A stretch of DNA of 64,000 nt from Bacteroidales bacterium (GCA_024686335.1 JAILCI010000018.1:74652-138651); one strand, 5' to 3'; positions 7,732-17,663 are shown, counted from the first letter of the stretch. The notes: generated by a model from the letters alone, not told the origin. Numbers and translations are program-made.

Positions 7732-8367
7732 TTATATCACCAAATCCTCCAGTCCCACTTTCGGCACAATGTGAACACCCTCTTCACGGTAATATTTATG
7801 GCTCTCATCCTCTTTAATCTCCTTCAAACGAATCTGCTCGATGCCTTTTCCAATGGCAACGACCAAAAGCGGATCGTACGGCAAGGACAATTGCTCTTTA
7901 AGCTGTTCTTTATTAAAAGCTCCGATAATCAGACCGTTATAGCCCATCTCCACAGCTTTAAGCAACATACTTTGGGCTGAAATGCCTAAATCCATATCCA
8001 CCAATTTGGTCTCTTTCTCTTTGCTGCAGATGATGATGTAGGCGGGCGGTTCGGTACCGGCAAATGGTAGATGCAACTCCGGCAGCGCAGCACCCATCTT
8101 AATCAATGGCAAGACTTTAGCGGACTCATCTTTGGTCACAAGACGGAAACGCAAGACCTGTTGGTTGCAGGCTGACGGTATCCTCGTATTGACCTCCACA
8201 ATTCGCTTCAGAAGCTCCTCACTCACAGGCGCATCAGGATCGTAACCACGATGACTGCGATTCTTCATCATCAAAGAGTCCAGCGTCTGCCCTACCCTCT
8301 TTACGATAGTCTTTTTCTTGCCATCATGAAGCTCCTCCATCCGGCGCTCGAGAAAATTATCAGCCAT
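7732..8367 (-). CDS. Nitroreductase-family protein
   Basis: 211 aa. The N-terminus MADNFLERRMEEL...NRSHRGYD and the overall pattern resemble Bacteroidales NAD(P)H nitroreductase-fold proteins. Confidence 0.7.
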   Translation of the reverse strand: MADNFLERRMEELHDGKKKTIVKRVGQTLDSLMMKNRSHRGYDPDAPVSEELLKRIVEVNTRIPSACNQQVLRFRLVTKDESAKVLPLIKMGAALPELHLPFAGTEPPAYIIICSKEKETKLVDMDLGISAQSMLLKAVEMGYNGLIIGAFNKEQLKEQLSLPYDPLLVVAIGKGIEQIRLKEIKEDESHKYYREEGVHIVPKVGLEDLVI

Positions 8368-8383
8368 AAAATGAGATATTAAA

Positions 8384-8413
8384 TTATGAAGCTATTAATT
8401 TATGAAATTATGA
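8384..8413 (+). repeat. 30-nt intergenic repeat, copy B (TTATGAAGCTATTAATTTATGAAATTATGA)
   Basis: 28 of 30 positions are identical to 3307-3336. It sits between the stop of the M1 peptidase gene and the start of the nitroreductase gene, and is again 8-nt periodic (atgaagct attaattt atgaaatt atgagttc). Confidence 0.8.
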
Positions 8414-8429
8414 GTTCTAGTTATGCTCA

Positions 8430-10760
8430 TTAATATTTTATGAATGGGTAGGTTTGTTGACCAATACGCAAGAAGTAGGTACCCGTAGGCAGATTGACCA
8501 CATTTATTGTTTGTCCACCGCCTTTCAACTTGAAACTACGCAGCGTACGACCCGCACTGTCCACGATGGAAGCCTTCAATGGACGTCCGTCATACTCGAA
8601 CCACACATTCATCGTCTCAACTACAGGATTGGGATAGATCATGACATTATAACTCTCCTGATATTCGTCGATAGACAAAGCCTCATCGCCCACGGCAAAG
8701 CAGTATTGACCAGAACCGATAAAGTAGGTCTTGAGCATACCCGCATTGGGTGATCCCGTCCGAATAGCAGGAATAACCTGCCAAGAGTCAGCAGTGGTGG
8801 GACGGTACAAAAGTTTAACATTAGCCGCTTCATAACCTTGAAGCAGATCATAATCCAATGCCGTTGTTGCACCTTTACGGAACTGGAACTGCAAGAATCC
8901 CTCAGGAGCAGGCATATTGGACGGATATGCCAATTGGACATTCCAATAGTGTGTTTCGGACATGCGATAAATACTGTCAGGAAGGGATGCTGGGATGTCG
9001 GGAGAAACTATATTATGCTCTACGCGTACCAAAACGGAATCTTGAGCAACATCTACCCTGAAAGTACAATTAGCATCGCTAAGCGCTACTAAAGAACTGT
9101 TTCCAGCAACAGTCTTCGTGTAATCGATAGTCGCATCCATAATCTTCTCGGAATAATCAATTATACCAAAAACAGGAGTGAAGGGAATGGTCACCACTGC
9201 ACTTGAATACTGACCGGAGAAAGGAACGTCAGAGACTGTGTAAAGTTCACGGTCAGGAGACACGAATGTTAAATCCAACTTGTTAGAATTGATATAGTTT
9301 GTAGCCCCACACAGTTTCTGTTGTACAAACACCTCGTATTGATTCCCGGAAAGGTGGCGAATAGAGTCAATCCCAAACTGAGGAAAACCCGGTTGATGTA
9401 TCCAACCTTCGTAAAAGTCGGTGAGATCCACACCCGTCACTTGCGACAGATACTGGAAAAACTGCTCGCTGTTGACATTTTGCCAAGCATAATGGTCGAG
9501 AAGAGAACGTAGACCACTGTAGAAGAGCGAGTCGCCGAGATAACTCTTCAAAGTGTGGATTACCAAAGCGCCTTTGTCATATGAATGGGTACCATAGGTG
9601 ACGTCCTGAGGCACATTATCAAGGGCGAAATGTCCACCGTCATTTTTAACAATATCTAATAATGTACTATGATGCATGTCTCGCAAATAATCAAGATAGC
9701 CATCAGTGCCATCATTCTGATGGACAAGGCCCATTATGAGCGGCTCGGAGAAGGTGGCAAAACCCTCGTTGATCCACATCTCCTCAGCGCGTTCGCAGGT
9801 GATAAGATCACCAAACCAGTGATGGAAAAGTTCGTGACCGTATAGCGTGACATAGGTGTCAGAACCATCCATAAAAGACTTTGGATATGCAATATTGGTG
9901 GCATGCTCCATAGCACCAGCGTTGAAGTTAACACCTACGTAACCCACTCTTGGCCAACGATACGGTCCAAAGAGTTCTTCATACATCCGGAGGATGTCCT
10001 TCAGATAATGGAACGAAGCACCCACATTGGAATATTGAGCCGGTTGGGCATAAATTACGATAGGAATTGTAGCCTCTTGTCCTTGGAAAGTATCCTCATA
10101 TGCCTGATATTCGCCAACAGCTACAGAAGAAAGATAGGTCGGAATAGGCTCATCCAACTCCCAAGTCCATACTTTGGAACTATCGGACAACGTCTGAACT
10201 TGAGTCAGCATACCATCACACACTGCCATCTTGTTCTGCTCTGTACGCACGCGAATCCTATAGGTGGACTTGTCTGGGAAGACGTCCAGACAGGGATACC
10301 AACAGCGACCGAAGTTATGCGGAATACTGTTGAAAGCCACACCCATAGAGTAAGCATACTGGCCAGAGAAATAGAAACCACCCCATCCGGAGTCTTTAGC
10401 AGGAACTCCGTGATAGAAGACTTTCACTAAGACTGTATCGCCAGCCTGCATGGTTGGCACTGTGACAGACAAACGTTCGCCCTGATGCTGGAAAGTAGCC
10501 AAAGTGCCATTCACCTTCACCGAGTCTGTAGTCAGCGCAAGCAAATCAAGAACCACATGGTTTAGGTTAGAAATCTTAGAAACTATTGTCAGCTGGGTTT
10601 CACCTTGGATATTTTGATTTGTAAAATCCATTACCGTCAGCATGATATCATAATGTGCCACATGAATTGTGTCGCTACGGTCCTGCGCTAAAAGGTTCAT
10701 GCTATTAAACACCATTAAAATGGCGAATATAAAAGAGGCAAATACGGTTTTCTTTGTCAT
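8430..10760 (-). CDS. M1-family zinc metallopeptidase (aminopeptidase N-like) with a T9SS C-terminal sorting domain
   Basis: 776 aa with a signal peptide. It has the GAMEH exopeptidase motif, HELFHHWFGDL (HExxH) and a downstream WINEGFA glutamate. The C-terminal ~75 aa (IYPNPVVETMNVWF...TGTYFLRI) are a typical T9SS CTD. Confidence 0.85.
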   Translation of the reverse strand: MTKKTVFASFIFAILMVFNSMNLLAQDRSDTIHVAHYDIMLTVMDFTNQNIQGETQLTIVSKISNLNHVVLDLLALTTDSVKVNGTLATFQHQGERLSVTVPTMQAGDTVLVKVFYHGVPAKDSGWGGFYFSGQYAYSMGVAFNSIPHNFGRCWYPCLDVFPDKSTYRIRVRTEQNKMAVCDGMLTQVQTLSDSSKVWTWELDEPIPTYLSSVAVGEYQAYEDTFQGQEATIPIVIYAQPAQYSNVGASFHYLKDILRMYEELFGPYRWPRVGYVGVNFNAGAMEHATNIAYPKSFMDGSDTYVTLYGHELFHHWFGDLITCERAEEMWINEGFATFSEPLIMGLVHQNDGTDGYLDYLRDMHHSTLLDIVKNDGGHFALDNVPQDVTYGTHSYDKGALVIHTLKSYLGDSLFYSGLRSLLDHYAWQNVNSEQFFQYLSQVTGVDLTDFYEGWIHQPGFPQFGIDSIRHLSGNQYEVFVQQKLCGATNYINSNKLDLTFVSPDRELYTVSDVPFSGQYSSAVVTIPFTPVFGIIDYSEKIMDATIDYTKTVAGNSSLVALSDANCTFRVDVAQDSVLVRVEHNIVSPDIPASLPDSIYRMSETHYWNVQLAYPSNMPAPEGFLQFQFRKGATTALDYDLLQGYEAANVKLLYRPTTADSWQVIPAIRTGSPNAGMLKTYFIGSGQYCFAVGDEALSIDEYQESYNVMIYPNPVVETMNVWFEYDGRPLKASIVDSAGRTLRSFKLKGGGQTINVVNLPTGTYFLRIGQQTYPFIKY

Positions 10761-10811
10761 ATCGTTTAATTAAAATGGGAAACAGCCTTTGAGGCCAACT
10801 TTTCAAAGGCG

Positions 10812-10819
10812 CAAAGATA
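10812..10819 (-). promoter_or_regulatory. Bacteroidota-type -7 promoter box for the M1 peptidase gene
   Basis: The minus strand reads TATCTTTGCGCC, about 51 nt upstream of the ATG at 10760. An 8-bp hairpin (GCCTTTGA / TCAAAGGC, 10784-10810) just upstream may terminate the preceding gene. Confidence 0.5.
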
Positions 10820-10848
10820 CGAAATTCTTAAATGGTTAAAAATGGATA

Positions 10849-11481
10849 TTATCGCTTAATCAACGGCAGAAACTCCTTCTCAAAAATCTCCCGAGAGACA
10901 ATTCTGTAATGAGGATCATAATGAGCTTTGTAGTTCTTACTATGGGTAATAGCATGGTCTCCTGTGGCCAGCATCTCCTCAATTTTAGTACTATCCTGCT
11001 CATAATCAGGCATCTGCAAATTTTCTTCTTCGATTATTTGAAGGATAAGTTGCCACTCCTCTTTCCAAGAAATCGGCATATCAATCTTCACCTTTGAACT
11101 GCGCACAAATGCATCTGTAAGAGTTCGTGCAGAAATCCCATCGACGGTCAGACATGACAAATAGACACGCACAAAATTGCCTTGGAAGCCTGTGGGCTCA
11201 TAAGCGGGAACGGACTCCATCCAGAGTGGAAAGTCATTGAGTTCTTTATTCAAATATTGAATTACCAGCGCAGTATCTGTGATAAGATGTCCCGGTCCAA
11301 AACGATCCTGATAGAAGGTTTTGTAAACATCTTGCAATCTCAGTTCTGGATAGTGGTCAACCTGCAATTTAATCGCTTGACGCATAGCTGAGGTATCAAT
11401 TTGAGCACGAATAGGAGTAAGCGACACTATTAAAAGTATTGCTAGCAAAAGTATACGAAGAAAGGATTTTCGGGTGGTCAT
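10849..11481 (-). CDS. Hypothetical secreted protein
   Basis: ORF 10849..11514. The track start lies inside the ugd terminator palindrome, so the ATG at 11481 (MTTRKSFLRILLLAILL..., a signal peptide) is preferred. I do not recognise a family. Confidence 0.6.
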   Translation of the reverse strand: MTTRKSFLRILLLAILLIVSLTPIRAQIDTSAMRQAIKLQVDHYPELRLQDVYKTFYQDRFGPGHLITDTALVIQYLNKELNDFPLWMESVPAYEPTGFQGNFVRVYLSCLTVDGISARTLTDAFVRSSKVKIDMPISWKEEWQLILQIIEEENLQMPDYEQDSTKIEEMLATGDHAITHSKNYKAHYDPHYRIVSREIFEKEFLPLIKR

Positions 11482-11490
11482 AATGTTTTG

Positions 11491-11526
11491 ATTTATTAAA
11501 TAGAGACGTTCCATGGAACGTCTCTA
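11491..11526 (-). terminator. Hairpin terminator of ugd
   Basis: A 26-nt perfect palindrome, TAGAGACGTTCCATGGAACGTCTCTA (11501-11526), starts 6 nt after the ugd stop. On the minus strand it is followed by TTTAATAAAT. Confidence 0.7.
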
Positions 11527-11532
11527 CTGGCT

Positions 11533-12780
11533 TTAGTCTCTATTGAAAATATCTCGCGTATAAACCTTCTCTTTCACATCATCAAGGACGCTATCGTAAC
11601 GATTGGCGATGATGGCTTGACTGCGTCTTTTGAATTCTGACAAGTCGTTGACAACCTTGCTACCGAAGAAGGTACTGCCATCTTCCAGTGTCGGTTCGTA
11701 TATAATGACTTGAGCACCTTTAGCCTTGATACGCTTCATCACACCTTGGATAGAGCTCTGGCGGAAATTGTCAGAATTGGACTTCATAGTCAAACGATAA
11801 ACACCGACAACGCAGAGTTTCTCTTGATGCTGGTCATAGTCGCCACGAGTATAGTAGTCATAATAACCAGCCATTTTAAGGACCTGGTCCGCAATGAAAT
11901 CCTTACGAGTACGGTTACTCTCCACAATGGCGCTCATCATATTCTGCGGCACATTAGCATAGTTGGCGAGCAATTGTTTGGTATCCTTGGGCAGGCAATA
12001 ACCACCATAACCGAAAGAAGGATTGTTGTAGTGCGTACCAATACGAGGATCGAGACAAACACCTTCAATAATTTGTTGAGTATTAAGCCCTTTAAGTTCA
12101 GCATAAGTATCCAGTTCGTTGAAATAGCTGACACGCAGAGCCAAATAGGTGTTAGCAAACAACTTGACGGCCTCAGCTTCGGTACTGCCCATAAACAGGA
12201 CAGGCACATCAGGTTTGAGGGCAGCGCTTCGGATAAGTTCTGCAAACGTATGGGCAGCCTCAGCCAGACGAGCATCAGACTGCTCAAAACCGACTATGAT
12301 ACGGGAAGGATAAAGATTGTCGTACAGCGCCTTGCTCTCACGTAAAAATTCTGGAGCGAAGATGATATTACGACTTCCGGTAACCTCACGAATATGTTCA
12401 GTATAACCAACTGGAATGGTTGATTTGATGACCATGATAGCATCGGGATTATATTTCATCACCTGATGTATGACGCTCTCCACGGCGCTGGTATCAAAGA
12501 AGTTCTTGACGCTATCATAGTTTGTTGGGGTGGCAATGACGACAAAATCAGCACTACCATAAGCAGATTCCGCATCCAAAGTAGCAGTCAAGTTTAATGG
12601 CTTATTTGCCAAATAGTCTTCAATATAATCATCCTGGATAGGAGACTTTTTGTCATTGACCATCTGCACACGTTCAGGCACAATGTCTACAGACGTAACC
12701 TCATTATGTTGCGCCAACAAGGTGGCGATACTCAATCCCACATATCCAGTTCCTGCTACCGCTATCTTCTTTTTATCCAT
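11533..12780 (-). CDS. ugd: UDP-glucose 6-dehydrogenase
   Basis: 415 aa. It has an N-terminal Rossmann motif [13 protein letters not shown] and GGYCLPKD with the catalytic Cys. The N-terminal ~50 aa align well with E. coli Ugd as I recall it. Confidence 0.85.
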   Translation of the reverse strand: MDKKKIAVAGTGYVGLSIATLLAQHNEVTSVDIVPERVQMVNDKKSPIQDDYIEDYLANKPLNLTATLDAESAYGSADFVVIATPTNYDSVKNFFDTSAVESVIHQVMKYNPDAIMVIKSTIPVGYTEHIREVTGSRNIIFAPEFLRESKALYDNLYPSRIIVGFEQSDARLAEAAHTFAELIRSAALKPDVPVLFMGSTEAEAVKLFANTYLALRVSYFNELDTYAELKGLNTQQIIEGVCLDPRIGTHYNNPSFGYGGYCLPKDTKQLLANYANVPQNMMSAIVESNRTRKDFIADQVLKMAGYYDYYTRGDYDQHQEKLCVVGVYRLTMKSNSDNFRQSSIQGVMKRIKAKGAQVIIYEPTLEDGSTFFGSKVVNDLSEFKRRSQAIIANRYDSVLDDVKEKVYTRDIFNRD

Positions 12781-12795
12781 AATCTTACAAAAAAA

Positions 12796-13446
12796 TTACA
12801 TAGTAAACTCATGAGTTTCCACCAATCTCTCAAACTGCTTATTTTGATGAATCGGATAGATTCTTTTCTGAGAAACAAGGAAAAATTCATTCTGATAATG
12901 AAGCACTTTCAGATTGTCAATCATCAATCCTTTCACCTTAATGATATTACCTTCAAAATGGTATTCTATACGATTTTTAAATGGGGTGCTCCAAAGCTGT
13001 ATTTGGAAATTTTCAGATTTTTCAGCACTCGGTACCTCCTTCTTGTTTTCATCCCACACAACAATTTTGGGTGTCATTTTGTCAAGCATCACTTCTGAGG
13101 GTACGGGATTATCATCCATGCCTTCATCCAGATCATCAGGATACTCCAGGAGAAAATCCTGACTCTCCTCTTCCAACAAAGCGGAATCGACTGGCATAAT
13201 AGTATCAACAGACTGTTCGATACGGGAAGGATTTTTAAACTCATGGATGATAACCACGGTATCACGCACACTGGCGGTATCGCGCTCAATAACACGGACC
13301 TCAGTAGGGCGACGATGTAGCCCCCTAACATTGAAGATTAGCAACATAGCGAATGCCCCAATCAAAAGACCCACCAACAAGAAAAGCAGTCCAAATAGAC
13401 CGCGCCGGGATCGTTTGCCAGATTCGTTATTTAATTGCTCTTCCAT
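12796..13446 (-). CDS. Hypothetical membrane-anchored protein
   Basis: ORF 12796..13452. The track start is a GTG, and the ATG two codons in (13446, MEEQLNN...) is preferred. It has a single N-terminal TM (LFGLLFLLVGLLIGAFAMLLIF) and an acidic linker. It lies 15 nt upstream of ugd. Confidence 0.6.
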   Translation of the reverse strand: MEEQLNNESGKRSRRGLFGLLFLLVGLLIGAFAMLLIFNVRGLHRRPTEVRVIERDTASVRDTVVIIHEFKNPSRIEQSVDTIMPVDSALLEEESQDFLLEYPDDLDEGMDDNPVPSEVMLDKMTPKIVVWDENKKEVPSAEKSENFQIQLWSTPFKNRIEYHFEGNIIKVKGLMIDNLKVLHYQNEFFLVSQKRIYPIHQNKQFERLVETHEFTM

Positions 13447-13471
13447 CTTCACTACAAATAAAAACAGAGTG

Positions 13472-13479
13472 CAAAAATA
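13472..13479 (-). promoter_or_regulatory. Bacteroidota-type -7 promoter box for the hypothetical gene and ugd operon
   Basis: The minus strand reads TATTTTTGC, about 25 nt upstream of the ATG at 13446. Confidence 0.5.
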
Positions 13480-13529
13480 ACAAATTATCTTGACTTATAG
13501 CGACCACTCAAAAATTGTCGATTTTTTTC

Positions 13530-13537
13530 TATCTTTG
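13530..13537 (+). promoter_or_regulatory. Bacteroidota-type -7 promoter box for rseP
   Basis: TATCTTTGCGG, about 30 nt upstream of the ATG at 13568. It lies inside the track ORF's TTG-initiated N-terminal extension. Confidence 0.55.
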
Positions 13538-13567
13538 CGGCCGTTTATTATTAAGAAAGAAATTGAT

Positions 13568-14953
13568 ATGGGTATAGGAATGCAGATATTAGGGTTCATG
13601 GCGAGTCTTACCTTTCTCGTCGTGACTCATGAGTTAGGACATTTTACTTTTGCCAAGATATTTAAGACACGAGTTGACCAATTCTACGTCTTCTTCAATC
13701 CAGGTTTTTCCATCTTTAAGATGAAGCGTTTTGATGGCAAATTCCACTTTAAGTTCTTCGCAACGAAGAGTCCAAAAGAGTGGGAAGATCATCCTGAAAG
13801 CACAGAATGGGGCCTCGGTTGGCTACCTCTAGGCGGATATTGTGCCATCAACGGTATGGTTGACGAAACCACCAAGGCATCTGATCTATCCTCTGAAGTG
13901 CATGAATGGGAATTCCGCGCCAAACCGGCATGGCAACGCCTACTTATCATTAGCGGTGGTGTCTTGGTCAACTTCCTCTCTGCCATTATCATCTACATCG
14001 GTATCTGTTTTCATTGGGGACAGGAGTACATCCCGTTGGAAAATGCGCGCTACGGACTGGAGTTCTCTCAGGAGATGCAAAATGCTGGCTTCCAAAATGG
14101 CGACAAAGTGTTGCTTATCAACTCCACTAAGCCCGAGACCATCAGCGACTTTGCCAATGACATCTTGCTCGAGGATGTGAAGACCGTAACCGTTGAGCGC
14201 GAAGGTAAAAAGGTCGTCTTGGACATTCCCAAGGACCTAGCCCGCAAGGTAGTAGGAGCAGGCACCAACTCCATGTTCTGCAACTACCGCATCCCCTTTG
14301 TCATTGACAGCGTGATGCCCGACTCGAAGGCCAAACAGGCCGGTTTACAACACGGAGACTCACTGGTGAGTGTAGACGACAGTCTCACCATGAACTTCTT
14401 CGATTACAAACGAGCTTTTGACAACAATAAAGAGAAAACCATCGCCCTCCAGTTCTATCGTGGCGATTCTCTCTATACCACCACTATCACACCGGACTCT
14501 ATGGGACTTATCGGTGTTTCCTACAAACAACCTTACGAATTCTTCGGCACTGTCAAGGTGGAATATGGATTCTTCGAGTCTATTCCCAAGGGCATTTCCA
14601 TGGGTTTCAACACCTTGGCTGACTATGTGAAACAGTTTAAGATTGTCTTCACCAAGGAGGGTGCTACGCAACTTGGTAGTTTCCTGACTATCGGCAGCAT
14701 TTTCCCGAAGGTTTGGGATTGGTACCGCTTCTGGAATATGACTGCTCTGCTTGGCGTCATCCTCGCCTTCATGAACATCATCCCGATTCCAGGACTTGAC
14801 GGCGGTTACCTCCTCTTCATTCTTGTAGAGATGATCACCGGCCGTAAACCCAGCGACAAGTTCTTAGGCATCGCCAACACCATCGGTTTCATCCTGCTCA
14901 TCGCCCTCATGGTTTATGCCATGGGCCTTGACATCCGAAGGTTCTTTTTCTGA
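13568..14953 (+). CDS. rseP: RIP metalloprotease RseP (site-2 protease, M50 family)
   Basis: It has an HELGHF (HExxH) motif in the first TM region, a central PDZ-like segment, and a C-terminal NIIPIPGLDGG motif. ATG 13568 is preferred over TTG 13490. Confidence 0.85.
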   Translation: MGIGMQILGFMASLTFLVVTHELGHFTFAKIFKTRVDQFYVFFNPGFSIFKMKRFDGKFHFKFFATKSPKEWEDHPESTEWGLGWLPLGGYCAINGMVDETTKASDLSSEVHEWEFRAKPAWQRLLIISGGVLVNFLSAIIIYIGICFHWGQEYIPLENARYGLEFSQEMQNAGFQNGDKVLLINSTKPETISDFANDILLEDVKTVTVEREGKKVVLDIPKDLARKVVGAGTNSMFCNYRIPFVIDSVMPDSKAKQAGLQHGDSLVSVDDSLTMNFFDYKRAFDNNKEKTIALQFYRGDSLYTTTITPDSMGLIGVSYKQPYEFFGTVKVEYGFFESIPKGISMGFNTLADYVKQFKIVFTKEGATQLGSFLTIGSIFPKVWDWYRFWNMTALLGVILAFMNIIPIPGLDGGYLLFILVEMITGRKPSDKFLGIANTIGFILLIALMVYAMGLDIRRFFF

Positions 14954-15004
14954 CGCCTGCAATTTTAAGCAAGAAGGTATGTGACATCGTGTATGTTTTT
15001 TTGC

Positions 15005-15012
15005 TAATTTTG
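15005..15012 (+). promoter_or_regulatory. Bacteroidota-type -7 promoter box for the PLP-enzyme gene
   Basis: TAATTTTGCACC, about 63 nt upstream of the ATG at 15076. Confidence 0.5.
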
Positions 15013-15075
15013 CACCCGTAAATCAGAACATGCTTTTAAGCTCATTATCAATAAACAACATAAAAAAACTATACA

Positions 15076-16272
15076 ATGGAAAAATTTGATCCCGCAACCA
15101 ACCTTGAGAAGTTGGACAAAAAAGACGCTTATCGCGGCGTTAACCCTGCTATCTGTGATAGCGCCACTTTTATGTTTGAACAGGCCAAGACTATGACCGA
15201 CACCTTCCATGGTGAGACTGAGGGTTACTTCCTCTATTCTCGTCACTGGAATCCCAGCACACTCTCTTTAGCTCAGTCATTAGCTGCTATCGAAGGCACT
15301 GAGCTGGCATGGGCTACCGGTTCCGGTATGGCCGCTATTACTGTGGCTCTGTTACACGAGGTTAAGTCTGGCGACCATATCGTTTCCAGTATGACGACCT
15401 ATGGTGGCACCTTCGCTTTCTTGAACAACTACCTCAAGAAATTCAACGTTGATGTTACCTTCGTTAACATGCAGGACCTCGACGCTGTAAAGAAAGCTAT
15501 CCGTCCGAACACCAAGGTACTCTACACAGAGACAATGAACAATCCGTTGTTGCGTATCGCCAATATTCCTGAGTTGTCAAAAATCGCTCACGCCGCTGGC
15601 GCCAAATTATTGGTTGACAACACCTTCACTCCGATGATTTTCTCTCCGTACCGTCTCGGTGCTGATGTGGTTATCTACAGTATGACGAAATATGTCAACG
15701 GTATGAATGACTGTGTGGCTGGTGCTATCTGTGGTACAGCTGAATACATCAACTCTTTGATCGACGTCAACTGCGGTACAGCTATGTTGCTCGGTCCGGT
15801 TTTGGACACCTTCCGTTCCACTAGCATCCAAAAGAACCTCCACACTCTTCACATCCGTATGAAGAAACACAGTGAGAACGCAATGTACCTTGCAAAACGT
15901 TTCAAAGAGACTGGTATTAAATACAACTATCCTGGTCTTCCTGAGCACATTGACCACGAGCTGTTCAAATCCATGATGAACGATGGTTACGGCTTCGGCG
16001 GTATGATCTCCATCGACATGGGCACAGCTGAGAAAGCAAGCGCTATCATGGAGAAGATGCAAGAGCTGGGCGTTGGTTACCTCGCCGTCAGCCTTGGCTA
16101 CTTCAAGACTCTGTTCAGCAACTCTGGCAAGTCTACCTCCTCTGAGGTTCCTGAGGACATCCAAAAGGAAATGGGCATGAGCGAAGGTCTGATCCGTTTC
16201 TCCGTGGGTCTCGACAACGATCCCGAGCGTACATTCCAGCTCATCAAACAAGCTATCGATGCTACCAAATAA
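15076..16272 (+). CDS. Cys/Met-metabolism PLP-dependent enzyme (methionine gamma-lyase / cystathionine gamma-synthase family)
   Basis: 398 aa. It has YSRHWNPS, GSGMAAI and the PLP-lysine motif SMTKYVNG. The residues after the lysine are atypical (see findings). Confidence 0.8.
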   Translation: MEKFDPATNLEKLDKKDAYRGVNPAICDSATFMFEQAKTMTDTFHGETEGYFLYSRHWNPSTLSLAQSLAAIEGTELAWATGSGMAAITVALLHEVKSGDHIVSSMTTYGGTFAFLNNYLKKFNVDVTFVNMQDLDAVKKAIRPNTKVLYTETMNNPLLRIANIPELSKIAHAAGAKLLVDNTFTPMIFSPYRLGADVVIYSMTKYVNGMNDCVAGAICGTAEYINSLIDVNCGTAMLLGPVLDTFRSTSIQKNLHTLHIRMKKHSENAMYLAKRFKETGIKYNYPGLPEHIDHELFKSMMNDGYGFGGMISIDMGTAEKASAIMEKMQELGVGYLAVSLGYFKTLFSNSGKSTSSEVPEDIQKEMGMSEGLIRFSVGLDNDPERTFQLIKQAIDATK

Positions 16273-16296
16273 TGCATTCGACATCTTTAACAAAAA

Positions 16297-16321
16297 GGGG
16301 CGCAAAAGCGTCCCTTTTTTA
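16297..16321 (+). terminator. Rho-independent terminator
   Basis: Stem GGGGCGC / GCGTCCC (one G-U pair), AAAA loop, then a T6 tract. It starts 25 nt after the stop. Confidence 0.7.
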
Positions 16322-16375
16322 TTTCCCTTCCATGTCGGAAAATAAAATGCATCCTTAAGACAATGTGAATTTTAT

Positions 16376-16383
16376 TATTTTTG
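16376..16383 (+). promoter_or_regulatory. Bacteroidota-type -7 promoter box for the DMT / nadE / kinase-like operon
   Basis: TATTTTTGCGCC, about 35 nt upstream of the ATG at 16419. Confidence 0.5.
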
Positions 16384-16418
16384 CGCCTTAGAAATTAAAT
16401 CATAATTCGTTCAAAACA

Positions 16419-16787
16419 ATGAGAGGTTTACAGTGTGTTCTGCTGCTCATGGTCAGCAACTGCTTCATGTTTTTTGCCTGGTACGGTAACCTTAAGTTCC
16501 AAAGCTTGCCCGCCTTCAGCAAGTTGTCGTTGCCCGTCATCATCCTACTTAGCTGGTTAGTAGCTGCTTTCGAGTACAGTTTCATGGTACCCGCAAACCG
16601 CATCGGTTATATCGGCAATGGTGGTCCCTTCAATCTGTGGCAACTCAAGGTCATCCAAGAGGCCGTATCCCTAACTATCTTCACTGTCTTGACTCTCATC
16701 GTATTCAAAAATGAGCATTTCAGCATCAACCATCTCATCGGTTTTGCACTTCTGATACTCGCCGTCTACTTTCTCTTCAAAAAATAG
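16419..16787 (+). CDS. Small DMT-superfamily membrane protein (DUF486-like)
   Basis: 122 aa with four TM segments. FFAWYGNLKF, EYSFMVPANRIG and QLKVIQE motifs fit the DUF486 pattern as I remember it. Confidence 0.65.
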   Translation: MRGLQCVLLLMVSNCFMFFAWYGNLKFQSLPAFSKLSLPVIILLSWLVAAFEYSFMVPANRIGYIGNGGPFNLWQLKVIQEAVSLTIFTVLTLIVFKNEHFSINHLIGFALLILAVYFLFKK

Positions 16788-16829
16788 AACTTTACTTCAA
16801 ATTGATTATAATTTTAAAATAAAAATACT

Positions 16830-17663
16830 ATGAACTACACCATTCCTCCGGCCAATTATTTCCCGTTTCTTTCTGGGGAGCAACAGATGAAAGCCTTAAC
16901 TAACAAAATCCGTGGCATCATGCGCGACTATGTCTCCACAAGCCATTTGAAATCCTTAGTATTAGGCATCTCCGGCGGCATCGACAGCGCTCTTTGCGCC
17001 GCCCTGCTCCGTCCCGTTTGCGAGGAACTAGGAATCCCTTTGATTGGCCGCTCCATCACCATTGAAACTAACAAATCTGATGAGATAGCCCGCTCCATCG
17101 CTATAGGTGAGGCTTTCTGCCATGACTTCCAGCATATCGACATCACGGAAACATTCCTGGCCAACAAGAAACTGCTCATCAACTACGATGACTCTCAACT
17201 CTCTAAACTGCGTCAAGGCAACATGAAAGCCCGTATGCGTATGATGGTACTCTATGATCTTGCCCAACTCTACCATGGCATGGTTATCAGCACCGACAAC
17301 TACACAGAGTATCTGACAGGTTTCTGGACCTTGCATGGTGACGTGGGTGACTACGCTCCGATGCAGCATCTCTGGAAGACGGAGGTATACGCTCTCTCCA
17401 ACTATCTATTGGCAGAAGAGACTCCCGAACAGCGTGCCTCTCTGCAGTCTTGCATTGACGCTACCCCTGTAGACGGTCTTGGAATCAGCAACTCCGACTG
17501 CGAACAGCTGGGTGTACCTAACTATTTCGAGGCTGACCGCATTTTTGCAGCATATTTTCAAGGTGACGAAAGTCTAAAGAGTCATCCTCTCATCAAACGA
17601 TATCTTGCTGCCGAGTTCAAACGCCACAACCCAGCATGTATTCTTCGTGACGATCTGATCTAA
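16830..17663 (+). CDS. nadE: NH3-dependent NAD+ synthetase
   Basis: 277 aa with the PP-loop motif LGISGGIDSA and typical NadE length and layout. Confidence 0.85.
   Translation: MNYTIPPANYFPFLSGEQQMKALTNKIRGIMRDYVSTSHLKSLVLGISGGIDSALCAALLRPVCEELGIPLIGRSITIETNKSDEIARSIAIGEAFCHDFQHIDITETFLANKKLLINYDDSQLSKLRQGNMKARMRMMVLYDLAQLYHGMVISTDNYTEYLTGFWTLHGDVGDYAPMQHLWKTEVYALSNYLLAEETPEQRASLQSCIDATPVDGLGISNSDCEQLGVPNYFEADRIFAAYFQGDESLKSHPLIKRYLAAEFKRHNPACILRDDLI

Noticed and set aside
14954-15075. Possible SAM or other riboswitch or T-box upstream of the Cys/Met PLP enzyme
   Set aside because: The leader after the -7 box is about 63 nt and AT-rich, with no evident multi-stem structure or conserved riboswitch core.
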